Virus record (IMG/VR): IMGVR_UViG_3300033182_000674 | Span: 1-64,000 of that record | Strand: one strand, 5' to 3' | DNA length: 64,000 nt | Shown: piece after piece, positions 27,654-35,228 of the stretch | Layout: each line of letters opens with the position of its first letter | How positions within the stretch are numbered: the first letter of the stretch is position 1 | Position numbers and translations under genes: made by a program | The notes under the pieces: model-generated | What the model saw: the letters and a program-made list of their open reading frames with translations, nothing else | Told to the model about the DNA's origin: nothing | Databases searched by the model: none

Positions 27654-28508
27654 TTAAAATACCATGCGCATACCAACAATAGTAGTTGGATCTGTTGCAT
27701 CGTTATCATCAGTGCTATAGTTTACATATGCAGCAGTTGACTTAGAGAAGTTATGTGCCAACTCAGCAATATAAGTTTGATCACCATTCTCTACATCTTC
27801 GATACCACCACGAAGAGTGTTATTGCCAAAATCAGTTGCAGCAACTGCAGTAACAGTTACAGTATCATCATTAGCAATTTCATAAGTAGCACCTACAGAT
27901 AATGCACCAACGTTAGTTGTAGCACCAAATTGCTTAGTTGTTGCTGAAGTAGCTTTGTCTTCAGTATATACACCAGAAACACCTACAGCACCAAAGTCGT
28001 GTGAGATAGCAACTTCATAAGAATCAATCTTATCTTCACCACCATTGTCTTGAACTGTAGCAATAGAAACATCACCAACAGAAATAGCAACTACTGAATC
28101 AGCACGAGTACCACCGTCTGCACCAAATGAAGCGCCTTCAAAGATGTCAACAGTTGAGCTAGTAACTTGCTTAGTTAGATTTGACATACGACCAGCCATA
28201 ACAGTAAAGTCTACCATATCCAATGCAACATATGCATCACGTGTAGCAGAAGAACCTTGGTCAGTATTTTCAGTATCAAGATCTAAAGAAATGTTAGCAG
28301 TAGCTGATGCGCCATTACCCAAATCTTCAGATACAGTAAAACCTACGTATGCATCATCTGCTGATGCGTCAGTGGCGCCATTGCTCATAGTGATTTGCTG
28401 ATCAAGCTGGCCATAAACAACTGCACCTGCTGCTTTTGCATCCTTCTCTGGTGCGCAAGCTGCGATTAATGTTGCTGCTACAGCAACTGCTAATAAAGAC
28501 TTTTTCAT
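27654..28508 (-). CDS. Gram-negative outer-membrane porin (Porin_4-like)
   Basis: Signal peptide; VYGQLD, GFTVSEDLGNG, RDAYVAL..TVMAGR, HNFSKSTAAYVNY; C-terminal Phe (GMRMVF). Confidence 0.88.
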   Translation of the reverse strand: MKKSLLAVAVAATLIAACAPEKDAKAAGAVVYGQLDQQITMSNGATDASADDAYVGFTVSEDLGNGASATANISLDLDTENTDQGSSATRDAYVALDMVDFTVMAGRMSNLTKQVTSSTVDIFEGASFGADGGTRADSVVAISVGDVSIATVQDNGGEDKIDSYEVAISHDFGAVGVSGVYTEDKATSATTKQFGATTNVGALSVGATYEIANDDTVTVTAVAATDFGNNTLRGGIEDVENGDQTYIAELAHNFSKSTAAYVNYSTDDNDATDPTTIVGMRMVF

Positions 28509-28537
28509 ATTAACTCCTTAAGTTTTTAAAAAAGAAA

Positions 28538-28586
28538 CTGTATCATAAAATATACAAATGACACAGCTGTATCATAAAATATACAG
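28538..28586. promoter_or_regulatory. Tandem duplicated dyad-symmetric site upstream of the porin
   Basis: CTGTATCATAAAATATACA at 28538-28556 and 28567-28585; second copy is CTGTAT-N8-ATACAG. Confidence 0.55.
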
Positions 28587-28680
28587 TATTATGTATATCT
28601 TTTTTTCCTAATATATTAGTATAATTACTAATATTCCTATTCAGATTTTTTATAATGGATAAAAATTTTTTATAGGATAT

Positions 28681-28704
28681 AAAAAACCCCTCATGAAGAG
28701 GGGC
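28681..28704 (-). terminator. Intrinsic terminator
   Basis: CCCCTC/GAGGGG stem with T-tract on minus strand. Confidence 0.75.
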
Positions 28705-28732
28705 TGGAATTTATAGCAGAATTGTATAAAGG

Positions 28733-29191
28733 TTATGACTTACCTAGATAGAATGCTCCTGCTGCAAGAATGGATGTTTTTAACCATTCAAAATGTACAA
28801 CTGCATTTTCTAATCTAATAAACTCTGTTTGAGTTTTTGTTGTATCAATTAGACCAAGTAAATTAAAACCTGTAGTACGTTCAACTGGTACGACAACATC
28901 GAGTCCAGTTAAACCTGCTATCATTGCCCAAGCTCCCATACCAAGCATGGATAACACAAAAATTCTACGTGTTAATTTTGCAAATGGGTCATTACCAACT
29001 CGAGCTGCTGCAGCATCAGATGCTTTTGTTGCTCTTTTAGAAGCTTTATCAGCTTCCTCAGATTTAGCTTTCATCATGCCAATCATCATTTCTTGTTGGG
29101 CTTGTTTGGCTTTTTGTGCCTGATCCATGAATTTAAACAGGCCACCCATAGCTGCGCCACCAGCCATTGTTATGAGTTCCATAGGTATCAT
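28733..29191 (-). CDS. Membrane protein, holin-like
   Basis: N-terminal hydrophobic helix, coiled coil, TM after RRIFVL, hydrophobic C-terminus (GAFYLGKS). Confidence 0.45.
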   Translation of the reverse strand: MIPMELITMAGGAAMGGLFKFMDQAQKAKQAQQEMMIGMMKAKSEEADKASKRATKASDAAAARVGNDPFAKLTRRIFVLSMLGMGAWAMIAGLTGLDVVVPVERTTGFNLLGLIDTTKTQTEFIRLENAVVHFEWLKTSILAAGAFYLGKS

Positions 29192-29538
29192 TGTTTTGTT
29201 CTCCTATTTATTATATGGTGCCTAATTTTATTTATAATAAAGAGGATTCCAGATATCAATGGAATAATTACAATAAACCAAGGGAATTCGCGAACGGCTT
29301 CAATTGATTTATTAGGATCAAATTTTATATCAGGCGTTGGAATAGGTAATGGCTCACCATTTTCATCGTGAGTTTTTACACTATCTATTTCTACATTAGG
29401 ATCTTCAATTTCATCTTTTTGAGTATCATCAAAAAATAATGATGATTCACCTTTTAGCGCTTTACCTACTGGCAAAAAGGATAAAGTATTACATCCAACT
29501 AACGTAATACTTAACATCATAATAAAGATCAGTTTCAT
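29188..29538 (-). CDS. Lipoprotein with C-terminal TM helix (u-spanin-like topology)
   Basis: Lipobox LVGC at residues 13-16; Pro-rich linker; TM WFIVIIPLISGILFII; basic tail. Confidence 0.5.
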   Translation of the reverse strand: MKLIFIMMLSITLVGCNTLSFLPVGKALKGESSLFFDDTQKDEIEDPNVEIDSVKTHDENGEPLPIPTPDIKFDPNKSIEAVREFPWFIVIIPLISGILFIINKIRHHIINRRTKQ

Positions 29539-29539
29539 A

Positions 29540-29986
29540 TCATGCTTTTTGAACTACCATAAAAGATTTAAACATCCATCTTAATTTTCTATGATAGTCA
29601 AGTCTTTCTTCCAGAAAGTTCACTAGTCCAAATTGTTGTGCTTCATCAGCCATATTGCGTGTTTCCAAGATTAAAGCTAATAGCTTATCATTATCTTGAT
29701 TAATACGATCAATCATAACTCTTGAAGCTGGAATAGTTGTTTCATCTTCAATGATGCTTAGTTCACTAAATCTACCAAGTGAACCAGGCGCAAATGAATC
29801 TAATGCACGAATTTGTTCTGCATACTTATCTACAGAATTCCAAACGTCTTCATAAATATCACCAAAGAAATCGTGGAATTCATAAAAATCTGAACCTACA
29901 ACATTCCAATGGTAATAGTGCGTTTTTAGATAGAATGCAAAGGTTGTAGCCAATGATTCTTTCATTTTATCAAGTAACTCTTCCAT
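29540..29986 (-). CDS. dps: Dps/ferritin-like DNA-protection protein
   Basis: HYYHWNVVGSDFYEFHDFF..IYE...D.YAEQIRAL; late promoter at 30018-30025. Confidence 0.92.
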   Translation of the reverse strand: MEELLDKMKESLATTFAFYLKTHYYHWNVVGSDFYEFHDFFGDIYEDVWNSVDKYAEQIRALDSFAPGSLGRFSELSIIEDETTIPASRVMIDRINQDNDKLLALILETRNMADEAQQFGLVNFLEERLDYHRKLRWMFKSFMVVQKA

Positions 29987-30025
29987 TTAAATTTCCTTTC
30001 TCGTTGGAATACATTACTATTTATA

Positions 30026-30283
30026 TCACTTTTGCACGGTGTTAATCATTTCTTCGTACAAAATTTCAACTTCATCCATTTCATTACGAACTTCAGATAA
30101 GTTTTGTTTGTGATAAATGTTTGCAATCTTACGGACATATTTCTTTTCAACATCCAATTCTTCTGAGATGTCATTAATAATATCACGTTGAAGATCTTTT
30201 TCAGAGTCAACTCTTGTCATAGAGTTAGACATTTCAACGACTGCATTATATAGTTTCTTGCGATCTTCAGGACTAGATAGCAT
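30026..30283 (-). CDS. dsbA: T4-like dsDNA-binding protein DsbA
   Basis: VEMSNSMTRVDSEKDL..DI......E...KKYVRKIANIYHKQN. Confidence 0.75.
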   Translation of the reverse strand: MLSSPEDRKKLYNAVVEMSNSMTRVDSEKDLQRDIINDISEELDVEKKYVRKIANIYHKQNLSEVRNEMDEVEILYEEMINTVQK

Positions 30284-30462
30284 TTTTTTCTCCTTTTAAA
30301 GATTGAGGCTTTTGCCGATTGTACGATCTAACTCTTCGAGAGTAACCATATCTTGTTGTTTTTCAAGAACAGTTCTCTTTGGATTTAGATTGAATTTCTT
30401 TTCGAACCAAAAGTTAATAGTATCAAACTGATCTATTAACCATCTAAAAATTTTACGTTTCA

Positions 30463-30837
30463 TTAAAATAATTCTTTTTCAGTTAATACTTTAAATTCAT
30501 ATGATTGTTGATTACACCATTCTTGTGCATACTTCCATTTAGCCTTATTGATATCCCATCGCTTTTGATAATAAGGTTTAATTTCAACTATTATTTTTCT
30601 ATTGTCATATGTTTTAATCACAAAGTCTGGATAATAGTTATGCCACTTTTTATCCTTAGGTGAAACATATGGGATATGTAATTCTTCTGAACTCCATTCA
30701 AGTACTTTAGGACTACGATCACAATATAACATAAATCGTCTTTCCCATAGACTTCTATATGTTATACGATTGATATTACCAGAATATTTTTCTTTATTCT
30801 TTGGTTTATATCTTCCACGAATTGCTGTATTCTTCAT
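30463..30837 (-). CDS. 4: Head completion nuclease gp4 (TnsA-N-like)
   Basis: GRYKPKNKEKY.G....ITYRSLWERRFM.YCD....V.EWSSEE..IPY.SP...HNYYPDF..VEIKP; start refined past the tRNA remnant. Confidence 0.9.
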   Translation of the reverse strand: MKNTAIRGRYKPKNKEKYSGNINRITYRSLWERRFMLYCDRSPKVLEWSSEELHIPYVSPKDKKWHNYYPDFVIKTYDNRKIIVEIKPYYQKRWDINKAKWKYAQEWCNQQSYEFKVLTEKELF

Positions 30838-30841
30838 AATT

Positions 30842-30865
30842 TGGTGGGCCCACAAGGACTTGAAC
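30842..30865 (-). pseudogene. 3' remnant of a split tRNA (T-loop, acceptor 3' strand, ACCA)
   Basis: GTTCAAGTCCTTGTGGGCCCACCA; TGGGCCC pairs with GGGCCTA of the remnant at 31606-31640. Confidence 0.85.
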
Positions 30866-30873
30866 TTAAAAAA

Positions 30874-30950
30874 TGGTGCGCCGTGTCCGATTCGAACGGA
30901 CGACCCCTCCGTTATGAGCGGAACGCTACTGACCACTGAGCTAACGGCGC
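30874..30950 (-). tRNA. tRNA with CAT anticodon, probably Ile2 (lysidine type) rather than Met
   Basis: GCGCCGT/ACGGCGC acceptor, TTCCG-CTCATAA-CGGAG, CCA; C4:G69 and C5:G68 match E. coli TilS determinants. Confidence 0.88.
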
Positions 30951-31561
30951 AATAAATCTTCTATAGTCATATCATCTAACTTGTTTATCAATTTGGAGTC
31001 TATAACTATAAGTGTTTCTGTAAAGTGAGACCATTTTGCTTCATCACGATCCGTTTTGTATCCTTTTACTTCAATATATACATCTTCTTGCGGCAAATAG
31101 AAATCTGGGAAATAAGTTCTTTCGCTGCCATTCCATGTATAAGAGAATCCTTTCGGTTCATTATACCACTTTATATTTTGTTCGTCAAACCATTTAGCAA
31201 CAGTTAATTCCCATTGACCTTTAAGTTTGCAACCGCTATACTCAACGATTTTTACTCTACCACACACATTATTCTTTGTATAAGATTCCGGATGTTTTTT
31301 AACTGCCTTCTGCATTGCTAAAGAATGACAGGCTCGCCTTTCATCATCCCAAGATTGGTTCTTACTCGCTTCAGAAATCTTCTTACGGGTTTCTTCAGAC
31401 ATTTCAGCACCGTATGTATATTGGTTACTACCTTTCTTACCCTTCATTCCATACGAAGGTTTTTTAATCTTCCTGTTTGGATTTGAATGACAGTATACTT
31501 CATGTGCTACATTGCTAGTCTTGGTCTTTGCTTCTCTTCTACAATATTGACAAATAAACAT
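30941..31561 (-). CDS. Free-standing homing-type endonuclease (Zn-finger, NUMOD3-like, PD-(D/E)xK)
   Basis: CxxC..HxxxC N-terminus; MSEETRKKISEA; KGQWE..YFPDFYLP..YIEVKG; GGAGG RBS; stop codon lies inside the tRNA 5' end. Confidence 0.85.
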   Translation of the reverse strand: MFICQYCRREAKTKTSNVAHEVYCHSNPNRKIKKPSYGMKGKKGSNQYTYGAEMSEETRKKISEASKNQSWDDERRACHSLAMQKAVKKHPESYTKNNVCGRVKIVEYSGCKLKGQWELTVAKWFDEQNIKWYNEPKGFSYTWNGSERTYFPDFYLPQEDVYIEVKGYKTDRDEAKWSHFTETLIVIDSKLINKLDDMTIEDLLRR

Positions 31562-31578
31562 ATTAACACCTCCATGTT

Positions 31579-31586
31579 TATTTATA
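31579..31586 (-). promoter_or_regulatory. Late promoter carried by the endonuclease cassette
   Basis: TATAAATA between the tRNA 5' remnant and the endonuclease RBS. Confidence 0.75.
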
Positions 31587-31605
31587 TGCTTATTTATCAT
31601 TTCCA

Positions 31606-31640
31606 GAGTCCACTGCTCTAACCAACTGAGCTATAGGCCC
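31606..31640 (-). pseudogene. 5' remnant of tRNA-Ile2-like gene broken at the anticodon
   Basis: GGGCCTA-TA-GCTC-AGTTGGTTA-GAGC-A-GTGGA-CT-C, then unrelated sequence. Confidence 0.88.
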
Positions 31641-31892
31641 TTAATAGATTCCGTAAACTGATTCTTCTGAAATCAATGCTGCTTGTGAATTATCAACACT
31701 GACTGCTAAAGCATCTCCCCATTTAACCGCAACTTTATCTCCAACTTGTACATCCTTTACATCAGGTCCAATCGCTAAAACAATTCCTGGTTTAGAACCT
31801 GTTTCTGCAGATCCTGTTAATACAATACCAGATTCTGTTGTGGTCTCTGATTTACCTTCTGCTAATAAGATATAGTCTTTTAATGGTTTCAT
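31641..31892 (-). CDS. groES: GroES-type co-chaperonin
   Basis: MKPLKDYILL..ETTTESGIVL...GIVLAIGPDV..V.VGDKV...ISEESVYGI. Confidence 0.88.
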   Translation of the reverse strand: MKPLKDYILLAEGKSETTTESGIVLTGSAETGSKPGIVLAIGPDVKDVQVGDKVAVKWGDALAVSVDNSQAALISEESVYGIY

Positions 31893-32566
31893 AATGTTTC
31901 CTTAAATTGTTCCTTAAATTGGCGTCCCGTAGGACAAAACTTTTTACATTGTTCTATAGATTCTATTATAACAATATTTTTATATTGTGTCAATAGTCTA
32001 TCTAACTTTTTCTTTTGAACTTTTACTGCTTGAGGATTTTTTGGATCTAAAAATAAATCGTAATCTTCAAGATAAAAGTCAGGAAAATAATTGTGTGTTA
32101 CACCTTCTTCATCTATCCAAGGTATAGGATCTGGTCTTACCCACTTAATTTTTAATTCATCTAATCTTTTAGCTAATTCTAATTCCCAAGACGAATCTAA
32201 TAGAATTCCTTTATACTCAACTGTTCCCTTTTTCAATCTTCTATGAGGAGATGCTAATGCTTTTTCTCTTAGAAGTTGTTTTGTCTCTTTAGTGTGCTTT
32301 TTACCTAAAAATGTTCCTGGTTTACCTTTCATTGGTGATTCAGGAACTTCTTTACCATCTAACCTAGCAACGGTATATTGATTTGTTCGGCCAGATTGTC
32401 GTCTGGCTTCATTCATCGCCTCAACATTATTTCTTCCCAAAGCATCAGCATATTCTTTTCTTTTAGGATTTTTATCGCACCATCTAGAATGGTTCGCCAT
32501 CCAGCCGCTTGGTTTATCGGAAATATCAAATTCAGTTTTACAATGTTTGCACTTTCTTATATTCAT
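31889..32566 (-). CDS. Second homing-type endonuclease (Zn-finger, NUMOD3-like, PD-(D)xK)
   Basis: CKHC..H..WC; GKKHTKETKQLLREKAL; DSSWELELAK..YFPDFYL..FLDPKN. Confidence 0.85.
   Translation of the reverse strand: MNIRKCKHCKTEFDISDKPSGWMANHSRWCDKNPKRKEYADALGRNNVEAMNEARRQSGRTNQYTVARLDGKEVPESPMKGKPGTFLGKKHTKETKQLLREKALASPHRRLKKGTVEYKGILLDSSWELELAKRLDELKIKWVRPDPIPWIDEEGVTHNYFPDFYLEDYDLFLDPKNPQAVKVQKKKLDRLLTQYKNIVIIESIEQCKKFCPTGRQFKEQFKETL
31920..31935 (-). pseudogene. Probable decayed tRNA 3' remnant (GTCCTACGGGACGCCA) now read through by the endonuclease ORF
   Basis: Ends GCCA (G discriminator, Arg-like); two nt short of a full T-stem plus acceptor strand. Confidence 0.45.
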
Positions 32567-32585
32567 AATAGTAACCTTTAGTAAT

Positions 32586-32660
32586 TGGCGGGCATACCAG
32601 GATTCGAACCTGGAACGAGGGTTTAGAAGACCCTTGTGATATCCCTTTCACCATATGCCC
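32586..32660 (-). tRNA. tRNA-Arg(TCT)
   Basis: GGGCATA/TATGCCC acceptor, AGGGT-CTTCTAA-ACCCT, CCAGG-TTCGAAT-CCTGG, GCCA. Confidence 0.95.
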
Positions 32661-32670
32661 TTGTTACTAC

Positions 32671-32678
32671 TATTTATA
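32671..32678 (-). promoter_or_regulatory. Late promoter upstream of tRNA-Arg and the endonuclease
   Basis: TATAAATA between the tRNA 5' remnant and the intact tRNA. Confidence 0.75.
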
Positions 32679-32691
32679 TAAACTAAGTTTT

Positions 32692-32719
32692 CTGCTCTAT
32701 CCTACTGAGCTACTGCGAG
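32692..32719 (-). pseudogene. 5' remnant of an Arg-type tRNA
   Basis: CTCGCAG-TA-GCTC-AGTAGGATA-GAGC-AG: complete D-arm with GGA(20), then sequence diverges. Confidence 0.7.
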
Positions 32720-32760
32720 ATTATGATTAATATTATAATACAGAAAATTGTAAATGTAAA

Positions 32761-33381
32761 CTACTTTTTGCCTTTTTTATTCAAAACAACTTCAACATTA
32801 TCTGGTAGTGGTACATGTGAATGACCAGAAGCTGAAGTACTATATAGTACAAATTTTCTATCTTTGAACTCGTTAAACATACCTTTCCAAATAGGTCTCC
32901 AACGAGATGTGAGTCTCTCAGTATTTAAATTATCACGAGAGGATTTCATATATGAATCAGACGAACTGGTAATATCAAATGCAAATATAGAATCAAATCC
33001 ATACATATGAATTTCATCAGCTTTAAGCTTATTCATGATATAATGTGTAGCCATATGACCGCAGTTAAAGTCAGTATAGTTTGGTGCATACTTAGGTAAT
33101 ACAGTATAGAATTCTTTAATTTGATGAGCATGCTTCATGTAAAATGGTGCACGCATTTCCATATACTTCTTAGGTCTAGCTCCAAGTGTCCAATCACCTG
33201 GTACTTCAATAACGCCATCATCAATAGCTTTCATCATTTTAAAATCAACTAGAACAGATGTGTATAATCCTGGAATAGCAAAAGGAGGAATATTACATGC
33301 AACCTTTAATCCTTTCTTTTCACCTTTTAGAAACATTCCCGCTGATTTACCATTTCCAATTAAATGTACAGTCTTAGCCAT
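32761..33381 (-). CDS. Putative glycosyltransferase of the sialyltransferase/Maf-like fold
   Basis: VHLIGNGKS near the N-terminus; GHMATHY...ADEIHMYGFD. Confidence 0.5.
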   Translation of the reverse strand: MAKTVHLIGNGKSAGMFLKGEKKGLKVACNIPPFAIPGLYTSVLVDFKMMKAIDDGVIEVPGDWTLGARPKKYMEMRAPFYMKHAHQIKEFYTVLPKYAPNYTDFNCGHMATHYIMNKLKADEIHMYGFDSIFAFDITSSSDSYMKSSRDNLNTERLTSRWRPIWKGMFNEFKDRKFVLYSTSASGHSHVPLPDNVEVVLNKKGKK

Positions 33382-33386
33382 TTATT

Positions 33387-33935
33387 TTATTCCTTATGTG
33401 TATACCAAATATTATCTGGTCCAATGTTATATCCTAAAATACTTATACCTGACAAATGAGTACTACCAAACTCTTCATCTATTGCCTTTTTAACTTCTGG
33501 CATATCAATATCATGTCCAGATACTAAACCACCTTTTTTAACTTTTGGATACCATGCATGAATATCCTTTTTAACTCCAGCATAACTATGATCAGCGTCA
33601 ATAAATACAAAGTCTAATGAATTATCTTCGATATCATTTGCTGCTAATGCTGTAAAATTTCTAACTATTTTTGCTCTAGGTTTATAATTGTCAGCAAACT
33701 CTAATAAATCTTTATACCAAGGTGCTGGCTCTTTTTCTAATAGTTTTTCTGTAGTAGTGATTCCTTCTGCTTTCCAAATTCTATCATTAAAGAATACATC
33801 TACGCCATATAGTGTTAAATTAGGACAATTTTCAATAAGATGTTTAAATGTTGGTCCACGTAATACACCAAGTTCAGCACCTATTTTATAATCATTATCT
33901 TTTATAATTTTCTCAAGCCATAATTTTCTATTCAC
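33387..33935 (-). CDS. Class I SAM methyltransferase (Methyltransf_24-like)
   Basis: GAELGVLRG, LYGVD, SLDFVFIDADHSY..VKKDI..W..KVKKGG.VSGHD. Confidence 0.88.
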   Translation of the reverse strand: MNRKLWLEKIIKDNDYKIGAELGVLRGPTFKHLIENCPNLTLYGVDVFFNDRIWKAEGITTTEKLLEKEPAPWYKDLLEFADNYKPRAKIVRNFTALAANDIEDNSLDFVFIDADHSYAGVKKDIHAWYPKVKKGGLVSGHDIDMPEVKKAIDEEFGSTHLSGISILGYNIGPDNIWYTHKE

Positions 33936-34594
33936 AATTTGCTCCTAATATATTCTTTACCTTTTGGTCCAGTCCAATGCACTGCTTTCTTCTTATTGCT
34001 GTCTTGACCATCTAATAATTGAATACGTAACCAATTATATTCGTTTGGTACATCATTAATATACATTAATCTTGTTAGAGGATTATTCATCATTGAGTGT
34101 AGAACCTCTTGATCTCCAACCTGTGGATTTTGTTCTACATTATAAGCCCATTGATGTAAAATCTGTGGTGAATCTTTAAAAGCCACAACTCCTGAATTAT
34201 GCCATGTCATACCACGACGTTTAGTCCAAGGCTTATCTTCCACCATTGCTAACTTATTATCTATACAATAATTAAAAACACCTGAGATATCATCCAATAC
34301 TTCGATATCAGTATCTATCCAACATGTATAATTAGCTTTTTTAGAAGCAGTAATCATTGACTTTGGTTTTTTAAACCAACCTTGTTCAGTTAAATGTGAT
34401 AGATCAATTACTTCTGATACTTTAGATTTTTCTAATTTATTTAATGCTTCTTTTGACATACCAAAGTTAGCAACAATCATTGGTGTATCATTATGTTTAA
34501 AATAACCATCTAAAAACCATTCTAGCATCCATTCAGTATTTGTATCGCATCCTGTTAAGAATACTTTATCATACGATGTCATAACCAGTTCCAC
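33932..34594 (-). CDS. GT-A glycosyltransferase (GT8/GT77-like)
   Basis: WFKKP, CWIDTD (DxD), HNSGVV, GDQEVL, YNWLR, HWTG.KGK. Confidence 0.75.
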   Translation of the reverse strand: MELVMTSYDKVFLTGCDTNTEWMLEWFLDGYFKHNDTPMIVANFGMSKEALNKLEKSKVSEVIDLSHLTEQGWFKKPKSMITASKKANYTCWIDTDIEVLDDISGVFNYCIDNKLAMVEDKPWTKRRGMTWHNSGVVAFKDSPQILHQWAYNVEQNPQVGDQEVLHSMMNNPLTRLMYINDVPNEYNWLRIQLLDGQDSNKKKAVHWTGPKGKEYIRSKL

Positions 34595-35219
34595 CTTTCC
34601 AATTGTGTTTTGCTAAACAACCTTCTTCTTTTTGAATTGTAGTAAATGTATCTCTAGCTTCTACTGCCCAAGGATAATATTCTTCAAGCCAAGGGAAATT
34701 ACTTGTATTTAGAAATACATCTGTTGGTCTAGCATCAGTCTTTGCTTTTTCAATAATAGCTTTTGCGCCTAATCTATTTAGCATATAAGCATGAGCACCA
34801 GGTAAATATGGTTTAGACGTTAAAGGATTAACACCAAACATATTAGGTGTATTATATTTACCATATGATGGGTGACCAAATGAAATAAGTTTATTATAAA
34901 CTACAATTTTTGGAATAGGTCCAACAAAATATGCATCATGCTCTAGTATAAGATAATCATCATTATCTTTTGCTGCCATTTCCCATAATGAATAATGAGA
35001 TAAAAATGCTGCAACACAATTTTCTAAACGAGAATACTTCTCATTGAATCCATCTACGGGAATTCCTTTTTCTTCTAATAGCTTTAATGGATTATCTGAT
35101 GGTGTAATAGCTTTAAATATTTGAACATCAATATCATAAGTCTTAGCTGTATCAATACATCTATTTGCAGCCTTCATAGATAATTCATTATCTTCTATAG
35201 CAATAACAAAAGCTTTCAT
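34569..35219 (-). CDS. Glycosyltransferase family 25
   Basis: FKAITP, AAFLSHYSLWE, LILEHDA, GAHAYML. Confidence 0.85.
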   Translation of the reverse strand: MKAFVIAIEDNELSMKAANRCIDTAKTYDIDVQIFKAITPSDNPLKLLEEKGIPVDGFNEKYSRLENCVAAFLSHYSLWEMAAKDNDDYLILEHDAYFVGPIPKIVVYNKLISFGHPSYGKYNTPNMFGVNPLTSKPYLPGAHAYMLNRLGAKAIIEKAKTDARPTDVFLNTSNFPWLEEYYPWAVEARDTFTTIQKEEGCLAKHNWKGGTGYDIV

Positions 35220-35228
35220 TTCAAAACC

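Noticed and set aside
28567-28586. LexA SOS box
   Set aside because: Spacing is CTG-N14-CAG, not the CTG-N10-CAG of gammaproteobacterial LexA boxes.
30463-30936. Tn7-like transposon (TnsA) and the 157-aa ORF as called
   Set aside because: Motifs match T4 gp4 head completion nuclease and no tnsB/C is present. The N-terminal 33 codons are read-through of tRNA sequence; the start is better placed at 30837.
30842-31640. Group I intron in the tRNA-Ile(CAU) anticodon loop
   Set aside because: No P/Q/R/S core recognised, the insert contains an intact tRNA, and the 3' remnant lacks the anticodon 3' strand and variable loop, so splicing could not restore a tRNA.
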